DNA of 64,000 nt, from positions 2,368,001 through 2,432,000 of the forward strand of contig CBDEFM010000002.1 of assembly GCA_965237415.1 (NCBI GenBank), given 5' to 3'. The position numbers were made by a program, and so were the translations under genes. Shown here piece after piece: positions 10,012 to 18,525 of the stretch. Within the stretch, counting starts at the first letter, position 1. Each line of letters begins with the position of its first letter. Under the pieces are notes generated by a model. The model worked only from the letters and a program-made list of their open reading frames with translations. It had not been told where the DNA came from and did not search any database. This stretch comes from Alphaproteobacteria bacterium (GTDB lineage Bacteria; Pseudomonadota; Alphaproteobacteria; UBA828).

Positions 10012-10144
10012 CTAGTCACCTGAATCTGAAGTTCGCCACATAAAGACAACTATATTGCACGACCACATTCTTCGACAATAGAGCGACTTAGTGTGACGAC
10101 ACTGCCAATTGAAAATGATCTCAACTTCAGTGTCAGGTGACTAG
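10012..10144. mobile_element. 133-bp MITE, copy 1 (IS630-like ends, CTAG/TA target)
   Basis: TIRs gtcacctgaatctgaagtt / aacttcagtgtcaggtgac (17/19); ctag at both ends; identical copy at 32676-32808. Confidence 0.9.
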
Positions 10145-10312
10145 TGCCTCGGTTTTGAGGTTTCTAGCCGCGTTGGCCGCTCCGCAATACGCCGCGCCGC
10201 GCTCGTGATGATCTCCTCGGCGTCGAAGCGGATGAGCGATCAGCGGGCGGGATAGCCTTCAAATCAAGGACTCCGTGTTGGCGGTCGAGAGACGCCGATC
10301 CCGCCGTCAGCG

Positions 10313-11101
10313 TCAGGGCCAGACGACGGGATATTGCGTGCTATCGAGCGGGTCGCCGTCGGCGAGAGCCGGGTTGCGCAGGTCGCGGTTCGGGCCGGGT
10401 CCGGCGAAATAGGTGCAGCCCTCGCCGCAATAGCGCACTGCGTAGCCGCGCCGGCGGACATCCGTCGTGAGGTTGCCGCCCGCGCCGTGGACGGTCATCG
10501 CATGGAAGGCGAGCGCGTCGCCCGGCTCCATGTCCCAGGAGAGCATGCGGTATCCGCCGGCGTCGATATCGGGCATGAGCTCGTAGCCCTCGCCCTGCTC
10601 GTAGGCTGCTCCGCCTTCGGCGAAGGGCTCAGGCTGGAACCATCGGTCCCAGCGGTGCGAGCCGGCAACGAAGGCGAGCGCGCCGCTCACGCGCGTGACC
10701 GGGTCGAGCGGCAGCCAGAAGGACATCACCGGCCAGCCGCGCACGGGCCAGTAGGGCTGGTCGTTGTGCCAGCGCGTCGGCTGCGGCGTGCCCGGCTCCT
10801 TCACGAAGAGCTGGTCGTAGAAGAGGTTGAGGCGTTCGGCGCTCAGGAACCGCGCCGCCAGCTCCCTGAGCGGCCCCTCGCAGCAGAAGGCCCGGAAGCC
10901 CGCATCGATTTCCCAGACGCGCTGGTTACCGTGGAAGCGGCCCACCTCCGGCCGGTAGCCGGTGAAGTACGGTCCCGGCTCCGCAATATCGCGCTCGATC
11001 GCGTCCGCCAGAACGCTGAGCCACGCGGCCGGCACGACACCCTTCACCAGCACCGCGCCATCGCGGTCGAAATCCGCCCGTTCGCGCGCTGTCGGCCGCA
11101 T
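10313..11101 (-). CDS. Phytanoyl-CoA dioxygenase (PhyH) family Fe(II)/2OG enzyme
   Basis: DQLFVKEPG, WHNDQPYW, PGDALAFHAMTVHGAGGN. Confidence 0.9.
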   Translation of the reverse strand: MRPTARERADFDRDGAVLVKGVVPAAWLSVLADAIERDIAEPGPYFTGYRPEVGRFHGNQRVWEIDAGFRAFCCEGPLRELAARFLSAERLNLFYDQLFVKEPGTPQPTRWHNDQPYWPVRGWPVMSFWLPLDPVTRVSGALAFVAGSHRWDRWFQPEPFAEGGAAYEQGEGYELMPDIDAGGYRMLSWDMEPGDALAFHAMTVHGAGGNLTTDVRRRGYAVRYCGEGCTYFAGPGPNRDLRNPALADGDPLDSTQYPVVWP

Positions 11102-11192
11102 GGCATCCTCCTCTCCGGCCCGACACCTGGCCCGAGCCCCACCGCAGCCAGGCAACACCCTTCGTCGTCACCGCCCCTGGGCGCGACGCAGG

Positions 11193-11233
11193 CTGGATCC
11201 GCACGCCCCGTGACCCTGGATCCGCACGCCCCG
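11193..11233. repeat. 18-bp direct repeat ctggatccgcacgccccg, two copies
   Basis: Copies at 11193-11210 and 11216-11233, upstream of the PhyH gene. Confidence 0.7.
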
Positions 11234-11279
11234 GTACTAGCACTGGCACGCACGAGACGGGCGAGAAATTAAATGTCAT

Positions 11280-11580
11280 GCGGGATTAAGTGGGATTAAG
11301 TGGGATAAGTGGGATTCGGTGGGACAGGCGGCGGCAGTCCTGGATGACGCTGGCGACGACAACGCGGACTGTCGCGCACGCCCACAGGGTCACGAACGCG
11401 GTAGATGGGGTCGCGCGCGGGCGTGGAAGAATGGGTCGCGCGCGGCATATTGTCCCTCGCTCGCCCGTAGGGTCGCGCGCGCCTTTCCCTGCCTCCACCT
11501 GTCGCGGCCCGTGTTCTCTCGTGTTTCAGGACGCGATCCTGACGCAGAATCCGCGCCCGGTGCACCGCACCACGGTCCGG
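11280..11580 (-). repeat. Dispersed repeat element, copy 1 (conserved head plus GGGATTAAGT tail)
   Basis: Reverse complement of 11527-11580 matches 48238-48291 at 44/54; tail gcgggattaagtgggattaagtgggataagtgggatt at 11280-11316. Confidence 0.65.
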
Positions 11581-11659
11581 GTCGCGCGCGCCTGAGAGGC
11601 CACGCGCGGTTCAACAGAGTCGCGCACGCCCGCAGGGTCGTGCGCGCGGTACATATGGT

Positions 11660-12053
11660 CGCGGGCGCCCGCATTGATGCCCTGGAAGCTGTAGTAGCCG
11701 CCGACCATCATCAGGCCGCGGCCTTCGCCCACATAGTCACGGATGAGCTTGAGCCGGTTCGGCGTGGGCTTGCTGTCGATCCACGTATCGGGATGCAGGA
11801 GAAGAGTGTTGGAGCCGATGTCGCTGAGAATGACGGCGTCGAATTCCCGAAGCCCGGCGAGCGTCGACGGAAAGTGCGTCTGCGCCTCGTGAGCCGGCAT
11901 GTAGGTGAGCGCGAAATCGCTGTCTGCCAGCGCGTCGGCCAGCGCATCCGCGCCGCGATGAAAGGTGACCGTGGGAAACTGATCGAAGCCCTTGATGTGC
12001 GTTGCGGTCGTCACCCACGATTCGCCCGCCAGCAGAATCTTCGATCGCGCCAT
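11660..12053 (-). pseudogene. Truncated GATase1-like (DUF1355-type) protein
   Basis: KILLAGESW, DAVILSDIGSNTLLL, GLMMVGGYYSFQGI, then similarity stops abruptly after about 130 aa. Confidence 0.75.
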
Positions 12054-12423
12054 TCTGGTCTCCTCAGCCAGTCTCCATCACGCCGCTCAGGCCATCCCCG
12101 CCACCCGCTCCGACCGGCGCCCGCCGGGCGGTCCGGCCCGAATGCTAGTTCATGCCCGGTCCCGTCTCCAGCGAGATGTCGCGCCCGCCCGAATCGCGCA
12201 AGCCCGTAGGGTCTTGCGCGCGACAAGAGGAGTCGGGCGCGCGGGACTAGGACCGGCGCCCGCGGCTGCTTCCTCCACAACCCCGGCTACGACGTCAACG
12301 ACGAGATTCTCCTCATCGGCGCCAGCTACCGGGCGACGCTGGCGGAACGGGAGCTGGCGAAGAGAGCTACGGCAGGCGGCTAACCCCTCACAGCCCACTT
12401 GCATTTCCCGCTTAGTCATATTA

Positions 12424-12438
12424 GAACATACATAGAAC
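12424..12438 (+). promoter_or_regulatory. Alphaproteobacterial LexA (SOS) box
   Basis: GAAC-ATACATA-GAAC fits GAAC-N7-GAAC; about 30-45 bp upstream of the HD gene start. Confidence 0.7.
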
Positions 12439-12466
12439 ACGCAATCAACTTGACTAACGCTACATC

Positions 12467-13864
12467 TTGTGGATGAGTGGTCTCGTGACCATACATTTAG
12501 CGAAGCGCCAGCAACGCATACGCGATCCCGTCCACGGACTTATAGCATTTTCTGCATCCGACGACTTCGAGCAGCTGATGTGGTCCCTGATCAATGCATG
12601 CGAATTCCAGCGCTTGCGGCGCATTAAGCAGCTCGGCTTTTCGGAACTCGTTTACCCTGGTGCAACTCACACTCGCTTCTCCCACAGTGTGGGCGTTTTT
12701 CACACTTCTCGTCAATTAGTCGATCTTCTCAAGACCACTCTGGGAGACACTTTCTCGCAGGAAAGAGCAAACGTCGCAATGTGCTCCGCCCTTCTTCATG
12801 ACCTTGGTCATGGCCCCTTTAGTCATGCGTTTGAAGGCGTAGAGAAGGCACGGGGTGCGCGGAAGAGGCATGAGAAATGGACGGCCGAAATTATAAGGGG
12901 CGACACGGAAGTTGGACAAATTCTGGCGACGTATGATAAGTCTTTTCAGATCAATGTGGCAAGTCTTCTTGAGCAAGAGTACCCGGTGGACATCTATTCT
13001 TCTATTGTATCAAGCCAGTTTGACGCTGATCGAATCGACTATCTTCAGCGAGATAGAATTATGACTGGAACCGAATATGCCGGACTGGACTGGGATTGGC
13101 TGCTGAATAACTTGGAAGTTGGGGAGTTAACGATTGGCGGTGATGACGCAAAGGACCCGTTTGTTGTTGAGGGATTTATTCTCAGTGCTAAAGGTCTCAA
13201 GGCGGCGGAGGGTTACCTTATCGGTCGGTACCATATGTACACGCAGGTGTACATGCATAAGACTACGCGCGCCGCAGAAAAAATGCTCGAATCCCTACTC
13301 ACACGTACCGCTAAGATAATCAATTCGGGAGATCCCTCCAAAACCGGATTACCTAAGAATCACCCGCTCAGATTATATTTTGAAGAAGATGGAAATTCCA
13401 TCGAGCACTATTTGCGTCTGGATGACGCTACAATTTGGGGTGGCCTTGCGCTAATGGAGCAGGCACGAGATAAGGAAATTGTGGATTTGGCCAACCGCTT
13501 GAGAAACAGAGCACTGTATAAATGCTTAGATGTCGGCGCGCGACACAAAATCGTTGGAGGAGATGCTAGAGGGAAATTTCAAAAAGCACTGTCGGATGCG
13601 AAAAGAAAGGGCAGCTTTAAGGATATGGATGTTCTTGAGGACAGGGCGACTGTTTCAGCTTATAAATTTCGCAGCTACGAGAGTCCTGATGCCTTGACAA
13701 AGATCACAATCAGGTTGCCCGATGGAACGGAGCGTCACGAGGACGTGGCGGAGTTATCACCCGTAATTCAAACCCTAAAGGAGGAAAAAGTATTCCGAGT
13801 ATACGGGCGAAATGGCGAAGTGATGGCGAAGTTAACCGAGCTATGGAAGGGAGCGGCGCAATGA
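12467..13864 (+). CDS. HD-domain phosphohydrolase, SAMHD1/YwfO/YdhJ-like putative dNTP triphosphohydrolase (start could be 12473 or 12485)
   Basis: IRDPVHG, FQRLRRIKQLG, YPGATHTRFSHSVGV, LLHDLGHGPFSHAFE, DADRIDYLQRD, MYTQVYMHK. Confidence 0.92.
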   Translation: MWMSGLVTIHLAKRQQRIRDPVHGLIAFSASDDFEQLMWSLINACEFQRLRRIKQLGFSELVYPGATHTRFSHSVGVFHTSRQLVDLLKTTLGDTFSQERANVAMCSALLHDLGHGPFSHAFEGVEKARGARKRHEKWTAEIIRGDTEVGQILATYDKSFQINVASLLEQEYPVDIYSSIVSSQFDADRIDYLQRDRIMTGTEYAGLDWDWLLNNLEVGELTIGGDDAKDPFVVEGFILSAKGLKAAEGYLIGRYHMYTQVYMHKTTRAAEKMLESLLTRTAKIINSGDPSKTGLPKNHPLRLYFEEDGNSIEHYLRLDDATIWGGLALMEQARDKEIVDLANRLRNRALYKCLDVGARHKIVGGDARGKFQKALSDAKRKGSFKDMDVLEDRATVSAYKFRSYESPDALTKITIRLPDGTERHEDVAELSPVIQTLKEEKVFRVYGRNGEVMAKLTELWKGAAQ

Positions 13865-14358
13865 TGGATCAGTCTGACTACGTCAGCGCCATAGTGCGTT
13901 TGGCAGGCGGGGAAATCGTCGGCAAGACGCGATTGCAGAAAATCGCGTATTTGCTCCAAGCTAAGGGTTCTGGATTTAGGGATGTAGAATTCGACTATCA
14001 CAATTTCGGACCCTATAGCGCGGAGTTAGCCTTTGCAGCCGAAGATGCCGAATCTTTGGGTTTCTTGTCCATGGAAGAACGAACTGGTTATCATAGTGTG
14101 CCATATACGGTATTTAGATCGACGGATTGTGCCGCTAGGCTAGATAACTGTGAAGAGATAAAGGCGTGCAAAGCCGACCTTGAAGTGATGAGCGGCTATT
14201 CTGCACTGGTGCTTGAACTGGCCGCAACAGCAATTTATCTGAAGCGGAATGGCTACGCGGAAGACTTCTGGGAGGAAGTGCGGAAACGCAAGTCACTCAA
14301 AGCCACGCAGCCAAGAGTGAGGCAAGCAAAGAAGTTGCTGCAACAGCTAGATCTTTAA
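13861..14358 (+). CDS. YwgA-like / Panacea (SocA, DUF4065)-like protein
   Basis: GKTRLQKIAYLL...FDYHNFGPYSAEL...LELAAT; ATGA overlap with the HD gene. Confidence 0.75.
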   Translation: MMDQSDYVSAIVRLAGGEIVGKTRLQKIAYLLQAKGSGFRDVEFDYHNFGPYSAELAFAAEDAESLGFLSMEERTGYHSVPYTVFRSTDCAARLDNCEEIKACKADLEVMSGYSALVLELAATAIYLKRNGYAEDFWEEVRKRKSLKATQPRVRQAKKLLQQLDL

Positions 14359-14452
14359 CCTCGGAGTTCATGAGGAAGTGTCATGTCTTGCTCGGCGTGG
14401 GTCCTTAGGGACACAAGAATTGTCTTGGCATGACGTAAGAACGCCCTAAGCC

Positions 14453-14765
14453 TCACCTCGGCCTCAACACCAGCGTCCCCAGCACATCCTCCTCCACTCT
14501 GGCGCGGTCGGTGAGCATGGGGAGGTAGCGGCCGTCGCGCCAGGGCTCGGCGTAGTCCTCGTAGTGCGACGAGAGCGGGTTGCCGGATTGCCCGGTGCTG
14601 ATGACGAAGACCGAGCGCTCGGGCCAGCCCAAGTCGTAGATGGCGCGGTAGCCGGCGCCGTGGTTCTGGGCCAAGGGGCGCTCCTCGTCGGCCACGTCGA
14701 ACCCACCGGCCTTCACCGTCTCCTTCTCGCCGCCCGATGGCTGGAGGGTGATCGCGACGCGCTCG
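14453..14765 (-). pseudogene. C-terminal fragment of a penicillin acylase family protein
   Basis: HGAGYRAIYDL, ISTGQSGNPLSSHYEDYAEPWRDGRY; about 100 aa of a normally much longer protein. Confidence 0.8.
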
Positions 14766-14786
14766 CTCACGGAGCAACGCCGCCGC

Positions 14787-15080
14787 TCATTCAATCCCCA
14801 TGACCAGTCTCGGCAGCGTCAGCGAGAGGTCCGGGATGAAGGTGACGATCAGCACCATGGGCAGATGGCCCAAGCACAATAGCTTCATCGTCGGAACGAT
14901 ATACTTGTCCAGCGAGAGCTTGCTGATCCCCGCCGCCATGTAGAGCATCGGCGCGCAGGGGGGCGAGACGTTCCCGAGACCGAGATTGGTGCCGACGATC
15001 GCGGCGAAGTGGATGGGATGGACACCGATCTCCGTCGCCACCGGCAGCAGCACGATCGCCGCGAGCACGCTGCCGGGGGT
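14787..15080 (-). pseudogene. C-terminal fragment of TRAP large permease DctM
   Basis: LLPVATEIGVHPIHFAAIVGTNLGLGNVSPP...FIPDLSLTLPRL; no N-terminal part. Confidence 0.8.
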
Positions 15081-15218
15081 ACGGCTCGGCACACGAAAAT
15101 TTGACAACACCGCCGCGCCTGCACAGATCATGCTATGTGAGCAGGAACGATCGGTCGGAGTCGGCGCGTCGGCTCTTGCAGAGCGATACTCGACGATAGG
15201 GACGTGAGGAGACGACCC

Positions 15219-15689
15219 ATGCACAAGTTCAAGTTCGCGGTACTCGGCATCGCCGCGCTGGCGCTGGCAGGCTGCAGCGAGACTGTCGGCCAGAAACAAG
15301 GCCTCGGCACGCTTCTCGGCGCTGTGGCTGGCGGCGTCGCCGGTGCGCAGGTCGGCAAGGGCCGCGGCAAAGTGGTTGCCGTCGGCGTCGGCACGCTCCT
15401 CGGCGCGCTTATCGGCAGCGAGATCGGCAGGTCGCTCGACCGCGCCGATCAGCTGGCAATGCAGCATGCAACACAAAGTACCTTGGAGACGGTGCCCTCC
15501 GGCACGACGAACACGTGGCACAACCCGGACAGCGGCAACCGAGGCACGATCACGCCGACCCAGACCTACCAGCAGAGCGACGGGGCCTATTGCCGCGAGT
15601 ACACCCAGACTGTGACGGTCGGTGGCCGCACCGAGGAGGCCTACGGCACCGCCTGCCGCCAGCCCGACGGCAGCTGGCAAATCATCTAG
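15219..15689 (+). CDS. 17-kDa surface antigen-like lipoprotein (glycine zipper)
   Basis: Lipobox LAGC, GTLLGAVAGGVAG, WHNPDSG, YCREYTQ, GTACRQPDGSWQII. Confidence 0.9.
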   Translation: MHKFKFAVLGIAALALAGCSETVGQKQGLGTLLGAVAGGVAGAQVGKGRGKVVAVGVGTLLGALIGSEIGRSLDRADQLAMQHATQSTLETVPSGTTNTWHNPDSGNRGTITPTQTYQQSDGAYCREYTQTVTVGGRTEEAYGTACRQPDGSWQII

Positions 15690-15738
15690 CGCGGAGCAAC
15701 CCGTCTCGGGAGACGCCGTCCCGAGGCGCGGGCAGCCG

Positions 15739-16593
15739 ATGGCGCCTTCGATTCTCGACAGCGTCGCCGGCCTGCGCGGAGCCGTCGCCGCGTGGCGTGC
15801 AGCCGGCCTGACGGTCGCTCTCGTTCCCACCATGGGAGCGCTGCACGAGGGCCACATGGCGCTGGTTCGGGCCGCGCGCGCGCATGGCGGGCGCACAGTG
15901 GTCAGCCTCTTCGTCAACCCGACCCAGTTCGCGCCTGACGAGGACTTCGCCCTCTATCCGCGCGACCCGGCCGACGACCTTGCCAAGCTGGCCGAGGCGG
16001 GTGTCGAGGCGGCGTTCATGCCGCCGACAGACGCGATCTACCCGCCGGGCTTCGCAACCGCGGTGCACGTGGACGGTGTCACCGCCGGGCTCGAGAGCGC
16101 CACCCGGCCCCACTTCTTCACCGGCGTCGCCACCGTCGTCACCAAGCTTCTGCTCCAGTGCCTGCCGGATGTCGCGCTCTTCGGCGAGAAGGATTATCAG
16201 CAGCTCGCCACAGTGCGCCGCCTGGTGGCCGATCTCGATATCCCCTGCCGGATCGAAGCGGTGCCTACCGTGCGCGCAGCCGACGGACTCGCGCTCTCCT
16301 CGCGCAACGCCTATCTCTCGGCGGAAGAGCGCCGGGTTGCGCCTCGGCTCTTCGAGGTGCTGAGCTGGATGGCGGCGGCGCTGAGCCAGGGCGCGAAGTC
16401 GGCCGACGCGGTGGCCAACGGCACCGCCGCGCTCAAGGCCGCGGGCTTCACCCGTATCGACTATCTCGCGGTCTGCGATGCCGAGACGCTCGCACCGGTG
16501 GAGAGCATCACGGCACCGGCGCGCGTACTCGCCGCCGCATGGCTCGGCGAGACGCGACTTATCGATAACGTGCCGGTGAACCCTGCCGATTGA
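15739..16593 (+). CDS. panC: Pantoate--beta-alanine ligase
   Basis: VPTMGALHEGH, FVNPTQF, FGEKDYQQL, LALSSRN, RLIDN. Confidence 0.96.
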   Translation: MAPSILDSVAGLRGAVAAWRAAGLTVALVPTMGALHEGHMALVRAARAHGGRTVVSLFVNPTQFAPDEDFALYPRDPADDLAKLAEAGVEAAFMPPTDAIYPPGFATAVHVDGVTAGLESATRPHFFTGVATVVTKLLLQCLPDVALFGEKDYQQLATVRRLVADLDIPCRIEAVPTVRAADGLALSSRNAYLSAEERRVAPRLFEVLSWMAAALSQGAKSADAVANGTAALKAAGFTRIDYLAVCDAETLAPVESITAPARVLAAAWLGETRLIDNVPVNPAD

Positions 16594-16624
16594 CGGCCCT
16601 GAGGGCCGTAGTGTGAAGTGCGGG

Positions 16625-16789
16625 TTAGTGGGTGCCCCTGGATCCGGCGTCAACGTCGCCGGGGCCCGCATCGGTGCCTTCCCGCCGGCGCGCCTCGAAG
16701 AGCAGCGTTTTCGCCGACCAGAAGATCCCGAGCGACAGGATGAGGGTGGCGAACGCGACCAGCAACGGCAGTCCAAGGTCCCAGGGCAT
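16625..16789 (-). CDS. Small single-pass membrane protein (54 aa)
   Basis: Hand translation MPWDLGLPLLVAFATLILSLGIFWSAKTLLFEARRREGTD...; hydrophobic stretch followed by basic residues. Confidence 0.5.
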   Translation of the reverse strand: MPWDLGLPLLVAFATLILSLGIFWSAKTLLFEARRREGTDAGPGDVDAGSRGTH

Positions 16790-16869
16790 GGGTTACGAAG
16801 CCCCCGATTGGCGATCCTGCAGCGCTGAATAGCCAAGCGCCCCCGCCACGTCAAGGCAGGGGTTGTACC

Positions 16870-17772
16870 TTATTCCGGCACGATCATGGTGCCGGTGCCG
16901 TGCTCGGTGAAGAGCTCCAGCAGGATCACGTGCGGCACGCGCCCGTCCAGGATGTGGGCGGCCCCGGTCGAGCGCTCGATCGCCGCGAGGCAGGTTTCGA
17001 GCTTCGGGATCATGCCGCCGCTCACTGCGCCGCCGGTGAGCATTCGCCTCGCCTCGCCGGCGGTCATCTGGCTGACGAGCGCGCCGTCGCCGTCGAGCAC
17101 GCCGGGGACGTCGGTGAGCAACAGCAGCTTGATGGCGGAAAGCGCTGAGGCAATGGCGCCGGCCGCGGTATCGGCATTGATGTTGTAGGTCTCGCCTCCG
17201 GCGCCCACGCCGATCGGCGCGATGACCGGAATGATGTCGGACTCGCCCAGATGGCCGAGCAGTTCCACATTGATGTGGCCCGGCTCGCCGACAAAGCCAA
17301 GGTCGGCCACGCGCTCGGCCCCGGTCTCCGCATCGCGCGTGCGCCGTTGCAGCGGCGTCGCCTCGATGAGGCGGCCGTCCTTGCCGCTGAGGCCGACTGC
17401 GGTGCCGCCCTCCGCGTTGATCGTGGTCACGATCTGCTTGTTGATGGTGCCGGCGAGCACCATCTCGACGACTTCGATGGCCGCTGCATCGGTGACTCGC
17501 AAGCCGTCGACGAAGTCGCTCTCGATGCCGAGGCGGCCGAGCATCCGGGCGATCTGCGGGCCGCCGCCATGCACCACCACCGGGTTGATGCCGACCTGCT
17601 TCAGCAGGACCACGTCGCGCGCGAAGTTCTGGGCGAGCGCGGCATCGCCCATGGCGTGGCCGCCGTACTTGATCACCACGCTCCGGCCGGCGAAGCGCCG
17701 CATATAAGGCAGCGCCTCGGAGATCGTGGCTGCGGTGCGCAGCCAATGTTTGGTGTCGCTGATGCGCTGCAT
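16870..17772 (-). CDS. argB: Acetylglutamate kinase
   Basis: VVIKYGGHAM, VVHGGGPQI, YNINADTAAG, GGMIPKL. Confidence 0.96.
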   Translation of the reverse strand: MQRISDTKHWLRTAATISEALPYMRRFAGRSVVIKYGGHAMGDAALAQNFARDVVLLKQVGINPVVVHGGGPQIARMLGRLGIESDFVDGLRVTDAAAIEVVEMVLAGTINKQIVTTINAEGGTAVGLSGKDGRLIEATPLQRRTRDAETGAERVADLGFVGEPGHINVELLGHLGESDIIPVIAPIGVGAGGETYNINADTAAGAIASALSAIKLLLLTDVPGVLDGDGALVSQMTAGEARRMLTGGAVSGGMIPKLETCLAAIERSTGAAHILDGRVPHVILLELFTEHGTGTMIVPE

Positions 17773-17838
17773 GGGGTGCCCGGTCGGTCGCAGGCGCCGG
17801 CGCCGGCGCACCCGTGGGCGCCGGCCGGCCGCGGATCA

Positions 17839-18525
17839 CTAGCCTATTCTCTCCGCCGTGGCCAGCGCGGCCAGGTGGCTCCTGAGCGCTGCGATCCCCG
17901 CCCCGGTACGCGCGCTGGTAGCGATCAACGACGGATAGGCAGCAACGTGCGCGGCAAGCGCCGCCTCGATGGCGGCGGTCTGCGCCGTCAGCGCCTCCGG
18001 CGCGAGCTTGTCGCACTTGGTCAGCACCGCGAGGAAGGACACCGCGCTCTGGTCGAATGCGGTCATGACGGGCTCATCGGCTGATGTGATGCCGCGCCTT
18101 GCGTCGAGCAGCAGGCAGACCCGCCGGAGGGTCGGCCTGCCGCGCAGGTAGGCCTCCGCGAGGCGTGTCCAGGCCTTGATCTTCTGTCTGGAGGCGGCGG
18201 CGTAGCCGTAGCCCGGCAGGTCGACGAGCGTGAGCCGGCCGTCCAGGTCGAAAAAGTTCAGCTCGCGCGTGCGCCCCGGCGTGTTCGAGATGCGCGCCAG
18301 CGCGCGCCGGCCGGTAAGCGCGTTGACGAGGCTCGACTTGCCGACATTGGAGCGGCCGGCGACGGCGATCTCGGGCAGGGTGGGCGCAGGCAGACCATCG
18401 GGCCCGGCGACGCCTGCGACGAAGCGGCAGGGCCGCGCGAACAGCCGGCGGCCGGCTTCTAGCGCCGCCGCGCGCGCTTCCGCGTTCTCTGGCGCCGGGG
18501 CCTCGGCCGGTCCTGGCTCGTCCAT
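17839..18525 (-). CDS. yihA: Ribosome biogenesis GTPase YihA/EngB
   Basis: GRSNVGKSS, PGRT, DLPGYGY, TKCDK. Confidence 0.95.
   Translation of the reverse strand: MDEPGPAEAPAPENAEARAAALEAGRRLFARPCRFVAGVAGPDGLPAPTLPEIAVAGRSNVGKSSLVNALTGRRALARISNTPGRTRELNFFDLDGRLTLVDLPGYGYAAASRQKIKAWTRLAEAYLRGRPTLRRVCLLLDARRGITSADEPVMTAFDQSAVSFLAVLTKCDKLAPEALTAQTAAIEAALAAHVAAYPSLIATSARTGAGIAALRSHLAALATAERIG

Noticed and set aside
14358-14452. Integron attC site after the HD-YwgA cassette
   Set aside because: No matching RYYYAAC/GTTRRRY pair with a foldable stem, and no integrase in the window.
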